Below, in pieces: positions 1-10,119 of a DNA stretch of 64,000 nucleotides. The DNA comes from an uncultured Acidimicrobiia bacterium. GTDB lineage: Bacteria; Acidobacteriota; Terriglobia; Versatilivoradales; Versatilivoraceae. The DNA lies in assembly GCA_963786955.1 (NCBI GenBank), contig CAWBAT010000004.1, forward strand, positions 352,001-416,000, in the 5' to 3' direction. The translations under genes were made by a program, and so were the position numbers. The notes below the pieces were generated by a model. It searched no databases. It was not told where the DNA came from and saw only the letters and a list, made by a program, of their open reading frames with translations. The first letter of the stretch is position 1. Every line of letters begins with the position of its first letter.

Positions 1-229
1 CTTGAATTCTTTCAGGAAACCCGACAGGGATTTTTTCGGACTGGACTGCTTCCCGTAAACGAGCCTTCATGCAAAGCCTCTCGCGCAAGGCCTCGGAACA
101 CCGAGGGCAAGTTTCCAGATGTTTCGAAATTTCCTGGTTCGTCTCGGCCTTCAATTCGTTAGTCAGGTAAGCATCCAGATTTCTTAGCGTTCGCTCGCAT
201 GATTTGTCTTGCAGGGGGATTACGTTCAT
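1..229 (-). CDS. Anti-sigma factor with zf-HC2 zinc finger (partial, runs off window)
   Basis: Manual translation from ATG at 229: MNVIPLQDKSCERTLRNLDAYLTNELKAETNQEISKHLETCPRC, giving C...HxxxCxxC; GAAGGAGG RBS upstream; not in ORF track. Confidence 0.75.
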   Translation of the reverse strand, partial: MNVIPLQDKSCERTLRNLDAYLTNELKAETNQEISKHLETCPRCSEALRERLCMKARLREAVQSEKIPVGFPERIQ

Positions 230-659
230 CGAACTAATTTTCCCTCCTTCGCCTCTTTAAGAATTTTGGCCTTGCTTGGGCTCTGGCAAATCCATTCCCA
301 TGAATTGAATACCCCGCCCGGGGCGTAATATTCCCAACAGCACGAGAAACTTCGACTAAAACCAGGCTAACTCATTGTGTTGATTCGGTATTTTCGAAAC
401 AACCGTTTTTCAAATCCCAAGCAAATATGCAGGTGCAATCTTTCTACTCAAGAAGAACGGTCTGTCTGAAAATCCGTTTCCGGCGGCCACGGTGCGACCG
501 CCCTATCTATTTTCGGCTTCAATTATAAGGCAATGAGACGTCGACAAATTAATAGGTGGCCAAGGAATAAATTTCCCCTCCTTGGGGATATACCTGAACA
601 AATGAAGGAATGCGAATGGAAATGCATCGATGTTGTGTTGACCTTCTCCGGTCACCCCG

Positions 660-1535
660 TTGATATCTCATCTCCAATTGATTCTGGGAGAACGCGGCGT
701 GCTCCACAGCCAGAAATTCAAGATATCCTCTAAGCCAGATTCATTCTTGCAAGAGGAAAGATACCCGACGAAGGGCGCGGCCATCCCGCAGGCAGAATAC
801 CAAGAAGGGCGCTACCTTCTTCGATATGTAAGATCTCGTCAGGACTTGGAAGCGGCGTTGAGGCTAAGGTTTCAGGTTTTCAACCTCGAGTTGGGGGAAG
901 GATTGGGATCGTCGTTTGCAGTGGAACGAGACGAAGATGATTATGATGCGAGTTGCCACCATTTAGTCGTGCTCGATCGGAACCAGGATCAGGTCGTGGG
1001 CACGTACCGGCTACTGACCTGGGAAGTGGCAACAGAAACGAGAGGGTTTTATTCAGCTACGGAGTTCGACCTTTCATTGCTCCCTTCCGGGGTATTGAAA
1101 AGGTCGGTGGAATTGGGGCGAGCCTGTATTGCCAAGGAACATCGAAATACGCAGGTCCTTTTTCTCCTGTGGAAGGGGATTGCAGGATACGTGGCGTACA
1201 ACCAAAAGCGTTATCTCTTTGGGTGTTGTTCCTTAACCAGCCAAGATGAAAATGAGGGATTTCAAGCCTTCGAATTTCTTCAGCAGAACCGTCATATGCA
1301 TGAAAATTTCCAGGTCGCCACCAGGCCTGGGTTTGAATGTTTCCCTTCTGCGGAAACCTCAAACCCCATCAATGAAGTGAAACTTCCAAAACTATTCAAG
1401 ATTTACTTACGTTTTGGCGCCAAGGCCTGCAGTCCGCCAGCCATTGACCGCCAATTCAAAACCATTGATTTTCTCGTAATTTTCGACGTGGACTCCATGG
1501 AGGGCAAGACCCATCGGATGTTGTTTGGAGCTTAG
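660..1535 (+). CDS. GNAT N-acyltransferase, OlsB-like (N-acyl amino acid / ornithine lipid synthase family)
   Basis: RLRFQVFNLELGEG, DDYDASCHHL, VVGTYRL, VELGRACI, YLFGCCS, PPAIDRQF motifs; likely start GTG 699 after GGAGA. Confidence 0.85.
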   Translation: MISHLQLILGERGVLHSQKFKISSKPDSFLQEERYPTKGAAIPQAEYQEGRYLLRYVRSRQDLEAALRLRFQVFNLELGEGLGSSFAVERDEDDYDASCHHLVVLDRNQDQVVGTYRLLTWEVATETRGFYSATEFDLSLLPSGVLKRSVELGRACIAKEHRNTQVLFLLWKGIAGYVAYNQKRYLFGCCSLTSQDENEGFQAFEFLQQNRHMHENFQVATRPGFECFPSAETSNPINEVKLPKLFKIYLRFGAKACSPPAIDRQFKTIDFLVIFDVDSMEGKTHRMLFGA

Positions 1536-1538
1536 ACG

Positions 1539-2342
1539 ATGCACGGGTTTTCTCATCATAGCCGAGCGATCTTCCGGGTTTTAGCACTCGGCTCGGTGAC
1601 TGCATTCTTTTATCTGTTTTGGATCACGGTTTCTCCCTTCCTTCTGGTTTCTGCAAGAGCATCGTACGCCTGGCGGAATATCAATTTCCGGCGCTGGGCC
1701 AGAGCGACTGCAGTCATCATGGGCATGAAATTCTCAGTCAGGGGAACCCCGCCACAATCCCCATTCTTCCTGGTTTCCAACCATTTGAGCTATGTGGATA
1801 TTTTAGCCTTTGCCTCTCAGGTGGATTGCCTTTTTGTCGCCAAGCACGAGGTTGCGGGTTGGCCGATCTTGGGCCATCTTTGTCGAAGCATGGGAACCAT
1901 CTTTGTCAACCGCAATTTGAGAAAGGATGCTTTGAGAGTCAATGACATTGTGGAAACGGCACTGGCAAGGGGAAAGGCCGTATTAATCTTCCCGGAAGGA
2001 ACCAGCAGTGCAGGAAACACTGTCCTGCCATTCCATTCCGCGCTTTTGGAACCCGCCGTCAAGGCCTCCTACCCCGTCTCTTTTGCCGCGGTGTTCTACC
2101 GAACGTCCCCGGGTCAAGCGCCGGCATCCTTGTCCGTGTGTTGGTGGGGTGACATGCCTTTTCTTTCCCATTTTTACAGGCTGTTACAATTGAAAACTTT
2201 CGAAGCACATGTTGTCTACGGATCTCACTCGATTCGTGAGGATGATCGAAAGACTCTTGCCCGGCGATTGCGCCAAGCCATTCAAGATGAGTTTATTTAC
2301 CTTGGAATGATAGAGGAACAATGCAAAACGACAACCCTTTGA
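1539..2342 (+). CDS. Lysophospholipid / lyso-aminolipid O-acyltransferase (PlsC/OlsA-like)
   Basis: NHLSYVD (HX4D) and FPEGT motifs; N-terminal hydrophobic helix. Confidence 0.88.
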   Translation: MHGFSHHSRAIFRVLALGSVTAFFYLFWITVSPFLLVSARASYAWRNINFRRWARATAVIMGMKFSVRGTPPQSPFFLVSNHLSYVDILAFASQVDCLFVAKHEVAGWPILGHLCRSMGTIFVNRNLRKDALRVNDIVETALARGKAVLIFPEGTSSAGNTVLPFHSALLEPAVKASYPVSFAAVFYRTSPGQAPASLSVCWWGDMPFLSHFYRLLQLKTFEAHVVYGSHSIREDDRKTLARRLRQAIQDEFIYLGMIEEQCKTTTL

Positions 2343-2857
2343 TCCAAGAGAATATCGATGTGTTGAAACAGGGACTGGAACTGCTGTATCAGCTCAATCC
2401 CGAAAGTTATCTAGAGACAAAGCATCCATTTTCGGAGTATGGCATCGGGAGCCACTTCCGCCATTGTTTGGATTTCTATCAGTCCTTCCTGGGCGGGGTG
2501 GTCGAGGGGAGAATTGATTACGACGACCGGGATCGGGACGAGAGGATAGAAAAGGACCGTACGATCGCCATCTCAAAGATTCAAAACACGATCCACAGGC
2601 TGGACGCACTCATACACATCGATAACCAGAAACCTCTCTTGGTCCGTTTGGAGGATGAAGCAGAACAAGAAAGCCCTTCGTCGTGGAGTTCCTCCTCTGT
2701 CCAACGCGAGCTGCAGGCCCTGGTGAGTCACACGGTTCATCACTATGCGTTAATCGCAATCATGCTCCAGCTCAAAGGCTATCTACCAGCGAAAGAGTTT
2801 GGAGTAGCTCCTTCAACACTGAAGCGATGGAGAAGCGCGGCCCTATGTGCACAGTGA
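2321..2857 (+). CDS. DinB/YfiT-superfamily protein
   Basis: IGSHFRHCLD and RELQALVSHTVHHYALI His motifs; FGVAPST tail. Confidence 0.75.
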   Translation: MQNDNPLIQENIDVLKQGLELLYQLNPESYLETKHPFSEYGIGSHFRHCLDFYQSFLGGVVEGRIDYDDRDRDERIEKDRTIAISKIQNTIHRLDALIHIDNQKPLLVRLEDEAEQESPSSWSSSSVQRELQALVSHTVHHYALIAIMLQLKGYLPAKEFGVAPSTLKRWRSAALCAQ

Positions 2858-3627
2858 GTTGGCTCCAATCCAGTGATGGCTATGAATTACGGTGCAATCG
2901 CGATGAACGCCGCACTCGAATGCCAGGAAACGCTCCGTTGCAGCGATACCGATCTGGAGTAGCTTTCATTGCCCCTCTGGACGGAAATCACGGAGGCAGC
3001 TGGATGGCCGTGAATCAATTCCGGATCTCGTTCTGCCTTCTGAATCGTTACGTCCCTCTAAACGCCTCGCTAGATGAAAAGAAGATCTATCGAAGTCGAG
3101 GGTTGTTATTGCTCGATCTGGCGGATGCCCGTTCCCTAACTGAAGCCTGGGATCGAGCCAGTCGCTTTTCGTTGGAGGAGTATCCCCCTTTTACACTAGT
3201 AGCACTGGAACCGGATGCTCCCGCGCTTCTCTTAGATTGGACCGGACGAAGATTATTCCATCAATTCAGTGACGAAAAGCTCAAGTTGTTAGTCTCTTCT
3301 TCCTATGATCATAGAGGCGCTGAGATGGCACGCAGGGATTTATTTGACAGAATGAGGGCAGAAGCTGGGACGAGCGATACAGCATGGGTCGATGCTTTCC
3401 ATTCCAGCCACCTGCCCTATCGAGGAGCTTACTCTCCTTGTATGCATCGGGCAGACGCATCGACTGTCAGCTTCAGTTGCGTCAAAGTAGCCGGAGATCA
3501 CATTGAATTCTCTTATTCCCCCGGAGCCCCCTGCGAGCAGAAGGAATCCATCCAGAGAAGGGAAGAGGGAAAGAGTTCACAGACATTTATTCTTCCAACG
3601 GTGGTCGGATTGATGGAGGTCCGATGA
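2845..3627 (+). CDS. NRDE / TANGO2 family protein
   Basis: Likely start MCTVSW (Cys2), NRDE motif, GGSWMAVN, SRGLLL, PPFTL; overlaps upstream stop. Confidence 0.85.
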   Translation: MCTVSWLQSSDGYELRCNRDERRTRMPGNAPLQRYRSGVAFIAPLDGNHGGSWMAVNQFRISFCLLNRYVPLNASLDEKKIYRSRGLLLLDLADARSLTEAWDRASRFSLEEYPPFTLVALEPDAPALLLDWTGRRLFHQFSDEKLKLLVSSSYDHRGAEMARRDLFDRMRAEAGTSDTAWVDAFHSSHLPYRGAYSPCMHRADASTVSFSCVKVAGDHIEFSYSPGAPCEQKESIQRREEGKSSQTFILPTVVGLMEVR

Positions 3628-3667
3628 TCTTCGAGTCAAGAAATTTCTTGGAGAAGGGAAAAGTAAC

Positions 3668-5336
3668 ATGGCTATGATGTCCGTCGTTCTATTGCTGGGA
3701 CTGGCAGCAGGGACGCTTTTGAGCGAAGACCTCACCTGCATTGCTGCCGGCCTTATGATTGCCGACGGCAGAATCAGTTTCCTTTTTGGATCCTTCGCCT
3801 GTTTCCTCGGAATTTATGTGGGGGATCTGCTCCTGTTCTGGGTCGGGAGAGTCTTGGGGAGACCCGTATTAAAGCGAGCCCCACTCAAGTGGTTGATTCG
3901 GGAAGCAGAAGTGCAAAAAAGTTCGGCCTGGTTTTCACGCCAAGGCATAAAAGTTATTCTTGTGAGTCGCTTTGTTCCGGGCACCCGCTTGCCCACGTAC
4001 TTTGCTGCCGGGTTGCTGGCCACGAATTTTTGGAAATTTGCGCTTTACTTCCTGTTCGCTTCTTTGCTCTGGACTCCTCTTCTGGTGGGGGCCGCAGCAG
4101 GACTGGGCGGGGAGTTTACCCGGAATGCCGTCTTTATGGAAAATCATTTCGCCTTGAAATTCTTCATGGTTGGCGGCGTCCTGTTTCTGGCGACACGGCT
4201 CCTCATTTCTCTGATGAGTCACAAGGGCCGCCGCATGTTGATTTCCCGCTGGAAACGAACCATCCATTGGGAGTTCTGGCCGCCGTGGATATTTTATGTG
4301 CCGGTAGTGTGCAGCATAGGTTTTCTAGCTTTGAAGCACCGCAGCCTCACTCTGTTCACGGCTGCCAATCCCGTCATGCCTGCCGGCGGCTTCATTGGAG
4401 AATCCAAAATTGAGATCCTGCAAGGGTTGTCAGGGGCCAATGAATTTGTAGCCCGGACTGCAGCCATTGAGGCCTCGGCCAATCTCGAAGCCCGCCTGAA
4501 TCTAGCGCGGTCCTTCATGACCCATCATGGTCTGGAATTCCCGATGGTCCTAAAACCCGATGCCGGGCAAAGAGGCTCTGGAGTCGCGGTCGTTCGATCC
4601 GTCACCGAACTGGAGGGATTCCTGAGAAGTGTACGGTCAAAGACGATTATTCAGGAATACGTCTCCGGCTTGGAATTTGGAGTGTTTTACTTCCGATACC
4701 CGGATTCGACTCGGGGCCGTATTTTCTCCATAACCGAAAAACAATTCCCGACGGTCACAGGGGATGGCAAAAGCACCCTCGAACGCCTCATCCTGGCAGA
4801 CGCACGCGCCGTCTGCATGGCGCACTTCTTCCTGAAGCAACATGCTAATCGATCTGTGGGAGGTGCTGAGACCCGGAGAAAAGTTGCGATTGGTTGAACT
4901 GGGGACTCATTGCCGCGGCGCCGTCTTCCTGGACGGCGGCTGGGCCAAAACTGAAGCTCTTGAACAGGCCATCGACAGGATCAGCCAGACGTATGAGGGG
5001 TTTTATTTTGGAAGGTTCGATATCCGCGTCTCGTCTGTGGAGGATTTCAGAAAAGGTCGCAATTTTAAAATCGTTGAATTGAATGGCGTTACTTCCGAAG
5101 CCACTCACATCTATGATCCCCGAAATAGCCTTGCCAAGGCCTACCGAGTTCTGTTTCAACAATGGCAGATTGCCTTTGAAATTGGTGCTCAAAACCGATG
5201 GCGAGCTGTGCGACCGACTTCGTTATCCAAGCTGATGCGTTTGTTATTGGATTTCAAGCGAAACCGTGCGCTCTCCGCGATTCACTCCGAACAATCAAAC
5301 ACTTCCACTCTCTGCTTGAATGATCCATCTCTCTGA
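3668..5336 (+). CDS. DedA/VTT membrane domain fused to ATP-grasp ligase; +1 frameshift near 4853
   Basis: SEDL, GDLLLFWVGR, SRFVPGTR (DedA); WEFWP, VLKPDAGQRGSGV, IQEYV, then second frame GRFDIR, IVELNGVTSE (ATP-grasp); ORFs 3668-4897 and 4842-5336 join. Confidence 0.8.
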
Positions 5337-5753
5337 TTCGGCTCTTTTCCAGAAGCCAGAACCACCTTGAAACAAAACAACGGCGAGAAGCATGCACCCC
5401 CATAGTTGATTCGAATGGCGTAGCGTTTGTCTCCGAACCATTCGTCCGCGTCTCTCGTCTCCCAGGGCAGCTTGCAGCGGGGCTTGCCCATTTGGACGAT
5501 GTGCCCACACTTTTCCCATGTTAAGCTTGGAAAGGTTCAGCGGGCAAATACCTTCAACCCCAAGCACCATTGCTGGAACCGAGCCAGCGCGAATCATCTT
5601 ACTCAACAGTGTGGCTCGTACCGAGTCGTAGAAGCTCTGGCTGTAAACTGGTCCGCTGGGGCCGGCCGGGCTCAAGGAAAGGGAATGCGCCCTAATAGCG
5701 CTCCCGGCTGGGCTGTATCCCTGATTGTTTGGGCATTCCCCTAAAATGATGAT

Positions 5754-7646
5754 ATGAGTGGTGAGACTACAATTCCAAATAGCCAATCCAAGAGTACCAA
5801 CGTGCTCAAGCAGTTGCCGGAAGTCTGGGCATTGCTGCGGCCACGCCGTGCCCTGCTTGCGGTGGGCCTGCTCCTTATGGCCATCAATCGAGTCTCTGGA
5901 CTCGCACTGCCGGCTTCAACCAAATTCCTGATCGACGACGTCATCGGAAGAAAACAGGCAAAGCTGCTGCTCCCGTTGGTGGCCACTGTGCTGGTCGCCA
6001 CGTTGATCCAGGGCGTGACGTCATTTGCGCTGACTCAATTGCTTTCGAAGGCTGCCCAACGACTGATTGCCGAGCTCCGCCGCAAGGTACAGGATCACGT
6101 TGGACGCCTTCCGGTCGCCTATTACGACGCCAACAAAACCGGGGCTCTCGTTTCGCGTATCATGAACGATGTGGAGGGTGTGCGAAACCTGATCGGGACA
6201 GGACTCGTGGAGTTTCTGGGAGGACTTCTGACTGCATCCATCGCTCTGGTGTTTCTCATTCGCATCAGTGCCGCAATGACCGGTGTCACGATCGCGCTCA
6301 TGCTCGTCAGTGTATTTGCGCTACGGAAAGCATTCGGGATCATCCGTCCGATCTTTCGCGAGCGCTCAAAGATCAATGCCGAGGTCAGCGGCCGGCTAAC
6401 GGAATCACTCGCAGGCGTACGCGTCGTGAAAGGTTACCACGCGGAGCAGCGCGAGCACCTGGTATTCTCAAAGGGTGTCCAGCGCCTGCTCGACAACGTA
6501 TTGCGCACGCTATCGACGTTGTCCATGATGAGCTTTTCGACGACCGCGTTGCTCGGCGTCGCCGGCGCCCTTGTAATGTGGATTGGCGCACATCAAGTTC
6601 TCTCGGGATCGCTGACGCTCGGCGGTTATTTCACTTATACCATGTTTCTGGCATTTATGGTGGCGCCGCTATTTCAAGTCGTCGGCATTGGCACACAATT
6701 GACTGAAGCGATTGCAGGACTGGAGCGCACGCGCGAAATACTCAATGAACGGCCGGAAGACGAAGACCCACGTCGAGTCGTCACTCTCTCCGAAATGGAG
6801 GGTAAGGTTGCCTTTGAGAATGTTACTTTCTCCTATGAACCAGGCAAGCCAGTGCTTATGGATGTAAGCTTCCATGCGTTACCGGGAACGGTGACTGCGC
6901 TCGTGGGGTCGTCAGGGTCCGGCAAGTCCACCATCATCGGGTTGGTCGCCGCATTTCACGTGCCTTCGTCAGGGCACATACTGGTAGATCATGTCGATCT
7001 CTCAACCGTTCGCCTCGATTCTTACCGCACGCGTCTCGGTGTGGTACTCCAGGAATCATTCCTTTTTGACGGCAGCATCCGCGAGAACGTCGCCTTTTCC
7101 CGCCCGGGCGCGAGTGAGAAAGAAATTCTGAACGCGTGCCGAATCGCGCGCGTAGACGAATTTGCGGAGCGCTTCCCGGAGAAGTATGACACGGTGATCG
7201 GCGAGCGTGGTGTCAAGCTGAGTGGTGGTCAGAGGCAACGGGTGTCGATCGCACGTGCTGTCCTGGGCGATCCGCGCGTCCTGATTCTCGACGAAGCTAC
7301 CTCGAGCCTGGACTCCGAGTCTGAAGCGCTGATCCAGGAGGGCTTGGCAAAACTGATGCGTGGGCGCACCACGTTTGTCATCGCGCACCGGCTGTCGACC
7401 ATCCGGCGGGCCGATCAGATTCTTGTTGTTGAGGCAGGAAAGATTGCGGAGCACGGCACTCATCAGTCGTTATTCGCTGCAGGAGGACGCTATTACGAGC
7501 TCTATACAAAGCAGCATGGCCTTGAGTCCAATTTGTTCCTTGCCCCCGGTGAAGGCGATGTGATGGAGCCGGCCGAGGCTCAAAGCATCACAGCCTCACC
7601 AGCCAGTCCGGATCTCCTGCGCCTGCTTCGCGACCGCCCGGGCTAA
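5754..7646 (+). CDS. ABC transporter permease/ATP-binding protein (MsbA/MdlA-like exporter)
   Basis: TM domain, GSSGSGKST, LSGGQRQR, ILDEATS. Confidence 0.92.
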   Translation: MSGETTIPNSQSKSTNVLKQLPEVWALLRPRRALLAVGLLLMAINRVSGLALPASTKFLIDDVIGRKQAKLLLPLVATVLVATLIQGVTSFALTQLLSKAAQRLIAELRRKVQDHVGRLPVAYYDANKTGALVSRIMNDVEGVRNLIGTGLVEFLGGLLTASIALVFLIRISAAMTGVTIALMLVSVFALRKAFGIIRPIFRERSKINAEVSGRLTESLAGVRVVKGYHAEQREHLVFSKGVQRLLDNVLRTLSTLSMMSFSTTALLGVAGALVMWIGAHQVLSGSLTLGGYFTYTMFLAFMVAPLFQVVGIGTQLTEAIAGLERTREILNERPEDEDPRRVVTLSEMEGKVAFENVTFSYEPGKPVLMDVSFHALPGTVTALVGSSGSGKSTIIGLVAAFHVPSSGHILVDHVDLSTVRLDSYRTRLGVVLQESFLFDGSIRENVAFSRPGASEKEILNACRIARVDEFAERFPEKYDTVIGERGVKLSGGQRQRVSIARAVLGDPRVLILDEATSSLDSESEALIQEGLAKLMRGRTTFVIAHRLSTIRRADQILVVEAGKIAEHGTHQSLFAAGGRYYELYTKQHGLESNLFLAPGEGDVMEPAEAQSITASPASPDLLRLLRDRPG

Positions 7647-7841
7647 AGCGTTGACATGGGCCAGCCAGCATCACGGCAAATCCCAAAGTCAATGGGCAGA
7701 TGGATGATTTTTCAGGCCACGCTGCCTGCTCGCCCATGCCCCTTGTTCCGCTGAGATTCCTAATGACTTGTGGAGCCTTCCCCTGTGCCGGAGGACCTTC
7801 CTGGCTTCACGCCTCTATATGACACGGTGCACAAATTTGCT

Positions 7842-8243
7842 TCACAATTTGCTTCCGATCAATGGGATTTCACTTCGACGAATGAAAAGGATGGCTACGC
7901 AAGCGACAAAGACAACCATGGCAAGTGTAAATAACTCTCCCCGGTCATCTACTGCCGGGAGCGTGATTCCAAGTTTCGTCAAGTGGCTAAGAATTGCTCC
8001 ACTGATCACAGCAAGTGATAGCAAGGCCCCGAGCGTGACCGTTGCAGGAATGACCAATAGAATTGACGCGACTAACTCGACCACACCGGATCCAATTCTC
8101 CCCCAGGGTTCCAATCCGAGCGTTGAAAAAATATAAACAGACTCCTTCGCGCCGGAGAATTTAAAGAACAAAGTCTGAAAGAAAATGGCTGCGGCAATGA
8201 GCTGAAGGATCCAACTCGTAATATTTCGAGTTTTGGTCAGCAT
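7842..8243 (-). CDS. DoxX family membrane protein
   Basis: QTLFFKFSGA, EPWGRIGSGVVE, GAILSHL. Confidence 0.75.
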   Translation of the reverse strand: MLTKTRNITSWILQLIAAAIFFQTLFFKFSGAKESVYIFSTLGLEPWGRIGSGVVELVASILLVIPATVTLGALLSLAVISGAILSHLTKLGITLPAVDDRGELFTLAMVVFVACVAILFIRRSEIPLIGSKL

Positions 8244-8315
8244 GGTGTGTCTAAAGCCTCCTTCGACTCGAAGACTCGTCCCATCCCAGGAAAAAATCGG
8301 GAAAACATTAATTCC

Positions 8316-9179
8316 TCATCCTCCGGTCTCGAATCCGGGGTAGAGAGTCATTCCGCCATCAATAAACATGGTGGCGCCGGTCATGTAGTCCGAATCATCC
8401 GAGGCCAGCCAAACCGCCGCTCGGCCGATCTCGTCGGGTTCACCGATCCGCTTATACGGAATAAGCCGCATGAGGTCCTTGTAGGCCTCCGGAGTATCCC
8501 AAGCCTGCATATTAATCGGCGTTCGGATGGCTCCGGGTGCAATGCTGTTCACTCGAATCCGGTGCGGAGCCACCTCCTGGGCGATACTCTTCATCATTAA
8601 CATCACTCCGCCCTTCGAGGCGGCATAGTTCACGTGACCTGCCCAGGGAATAACCTCATGCACTGAACTGATACAAATTATTTTGCCGGCAGCAGCAGAC
8701 ACCCCTGGACGGATTCCTTGGCGCTTGAAGTTCCGCACGGCTTCGCGCGAGCAAAGAAATTGCCCGCGCAGGTTGATGTTGATGACCTGGTCCCATTGTT
8801 CCACTGTCATCTGATCAATAGGGGCATCCTTCTGAATCCCTGCATTATTGATGACGATGTCTACTGCACCGAACTGCTTCACCATCTGGGAAAACATGGC
8901 GAGCACTTGCTCTTCCTGGCTCACATCAGCCTGGAAAGCAAGGGCTCGACTGCCGGCTTGCTCGATCTCAGCCACAACCTTGTCGGCTTCAGCCGTGTTC
9001 CTGCCACAATTCACCACGACATCCGCGCCGGCCTGCCCAAGGGTTATGGCGATGGCTTTCCCAATGCCAGAACTCGCTCCGGTCACGAGTGCCTTTTGTC
9101 CTTTGAGCACCTTGTTCGGTAGACGTAGAGGCATCTCTTCATCCTTTTGACTGGTTTCATTTGAAGGCGTCATTTGCAT
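8316..9179 (-). CDS. Glucose 1-dehydrogenase-like SDR
   Basis: TGASSGIG, NNAG, SSVHEVIPW, YAASKGG, DGGMTLYP. Confidence 0.88.
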   Translation of the reverse strand: MQMTPSNETSQKDEEMPLRLPNKVLKGQKALVTGASSGIGKAIAITLGQAGADVVVNCGRNTAEADKVVAEIEQAGSRALAFQADVSQEEQVLAMFSQMVKQFGAVDIVINNAGIQKDAPIDQMTVEQWDQVININLRGQFLCSREAVRNFKRQGIRPGVSAAAGKIICISSVHEVIPWAGHVNYAASKGGVMLMMKSIAQEVAPHRIRVNSIAPGAIRTPINMQAWDTPEAYKDLMRLIPYKRIGEPDEIGRAAVWLASDDSDYMTGATMFIDGGMTLYPGFETGG

Positions 9180-9281
9180 GTGTCAATCCTCGTTCGATTA
9201 ATAGCCATCGCTCTCAAGTGCCAATTTCATGAAAACACCTTGATGACATCCTTCGCTTCTTTCAACCTTGGCTTCATCGCT

Positions 9282-9776
9282 TTACTCTTGCGCCTTTTTG
9301 TCTTGGTTGAGGATCTTGGGCCAATTCTCGTCCGCTTTTTTGATGTTTTCTGGAATATTGCTTCCCCAGAGGTTTGCTGCCACCCAGCCATTGTTGAGAT
9401 ACAGCTTGCCATCGACAATTTTCCAGGCTTTGGGACTGATATCGGCTGTATGTCCCTTGCTCACCGCGTAGGCGCAGTATCCTCCATACTGGGGGGCATA
9501 CTGACTGGGGTTTTCAATGAAGCGGTCACGATTGGCAGCGCTTGAGAAATACCACTTCGCTCCCATCCATTGGTATTCGAAGTCTTTCTTTCCTTTTATA
9601 GGTTTACCCTCCGTAAAATAGGCGACCGGGTCAAATTCTTTGATTGCCACCCCGTCTGAATTCTTGTTGGCCGAATCGACGGCAAAAGCAATGCCGAAGG
9701 GCAGCAAAAGCGTGATCCAGGTTGCGAAACTGAATTTTGTGACGTGAGATGAGTTAACCAGCAATCCGGACCTCAT
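9282..9776 (-). CDS. Secreted YHS-domain (seleno)protein family member
   Basis: Signal peptide, DPVAYF, YAPQYGGYCAY, WKIVDGKLYL, ADENW. Confidence 0.8.
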   Translation of the reverse strand: MRSGLLVNSSHVTKFSFATWITLLLPFGIAFAVDSANKNSDGVAIKEFDPVAYFTEGKPIKGKKDFEYQWMGAKWYFSSAANRDRFIENPSQYAPQYGGYCAYAVSKGHTADISPKAWKIVDGKLYLNNGWVAANLWGSNIPENIKKADENWPKILNQDKKAQE

Positions 9777-9984
9777 ATCGATCTCCTTCGGCGAACCCTC
9801 TTAGGTGTTGCTTTACATCTATTGAATGCCTGAAACCTCGAGAAATAATCCCGCTCGAGAAAATAAGCTAATACAAACGCATTATGTATTGTTACGAATC
9901 ACCCACGCCTCGCTTGGCAGCGTGGCTTCCAGCTATTGGTGATAAAGGAGGGTCGATCTCCAGCGAGACTCAATCATCGACGTA

Positions 9985-10080
9985 GTAGGGGACAGGCCTC
10001 GTGGCCTGTCCAGTGGCTGCAAGCCAAAATCAGCCACGCCACAGCGTGGCCTGCCGACAGGCCAGGAGGCCTGTCGCTAC
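9985..10080. repeat. GTAG-type REP doublet (REPIN-like hairpin)
   Basis: GTAGGGGACAGGCCTCGTGGCCTGTC ... GACAGGCCAGGAGGCCTGTCGCTAC, inverted arms in intergenic space. Confidence 0.7.
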
Positions 10081-10119
10081 CAAGCATGGGGTGGACAACC
10101 TGCCGCCGACAACCGATCC

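Noticed and set aside
4842-4897. Programmed ribosomal frameshift in the DedA-ATP-grasp gene
   Set aside because: No slippery heptamer at the junction; a simple indel is more parsimonious
5295-5786. ORFs between the ATP-grasp and ABC genes; QSFYDSVR faintly resembles a RAYT motif
   Set aside because: No HUH motif or other support
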